A DNA stretch of 64,000 bases from Azolla caroliniana (Eukaryota; Plantae; Polypodiophyta). Shown piece after piece: positions 63,909 to 64,000 of the stretch (the stretch's first letter is position 1; each line of letters starts with the position of its first letter). The DNA lies in the NCBI GenBank assembly GCA_043228905.1, contig JBHGNT010000008.1, positions 15,128,001 to 15,192,000 of the forward strand. The letters are read 5' to 3'. The notes under the pieces were generated by a model. The model did not search any database. It was not told where the DNA came from and saw only the letters and a list, made by a program, of their open reading frames with translations. Made by a program: the position numbers and the translations under genes.

Positions 63909-64000
63909 TATGGCAAGACTCGAACCCATGACCTTATGCTAAATGGGTCGAGCTCTTGACCATTAGACTATACATTGTAATACGTAGAATATTATTTTTA

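Larger units (their letters stand above)
58642..64000 (+). mobile_element. Tcn1-like chromovirus (Ty3/gypsy); 5' LTR 58642-59098, 3' LTR starts at 63901 and runs off the window
   Basis: LTR start repeated nearly identically at 63901; DUF4939-type gag (KFDGTRSQFRGF), CCHC, LLDSGA, YLDD, RNase H, INT, chromodomain EYEVAAILDS...YLVDWLGY...TWEP. Confidence 0.96.

Overview
Eukaryotic land-plant nuclear DNA, most likely from a non-seed plant (inferred from the LTR-retrotransposon lineages). Only one intact host gene is evident: a 3-exon COMT-class (Methyltransf_2) O-methyltransferase on the minus strand (5288-6805), whose proximal promoter is tandemly quadruplicated. The rest is a nested transposon landscape: Ty1/copia elements, Tcn1-like chromoviruses, two other Ty3/gypsy lineages, solo LTRs, two decayed DUF7869/Sola-like transposase copies and several tandem or palindromic arrays. 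The most striking object is a young gypsy element (20052-29837, minus strand) with a tRNA-Arg PBS at its 5' end, no polypurine tract, and in the PPT position a near-perfect copy of the 3' end of a different tRNA-Arg, i.e. a second, inverted PBS. It also carries a large intact extra coiled-coil ORF. Other notable signals are a Tf1-type self-priming PBS in the chromovirus and tRNA-derived Pol III A/B-box cassettes in two unrelated LTR families and in a satellite. All family assignments come from motif recognition by eye, not from database searches.
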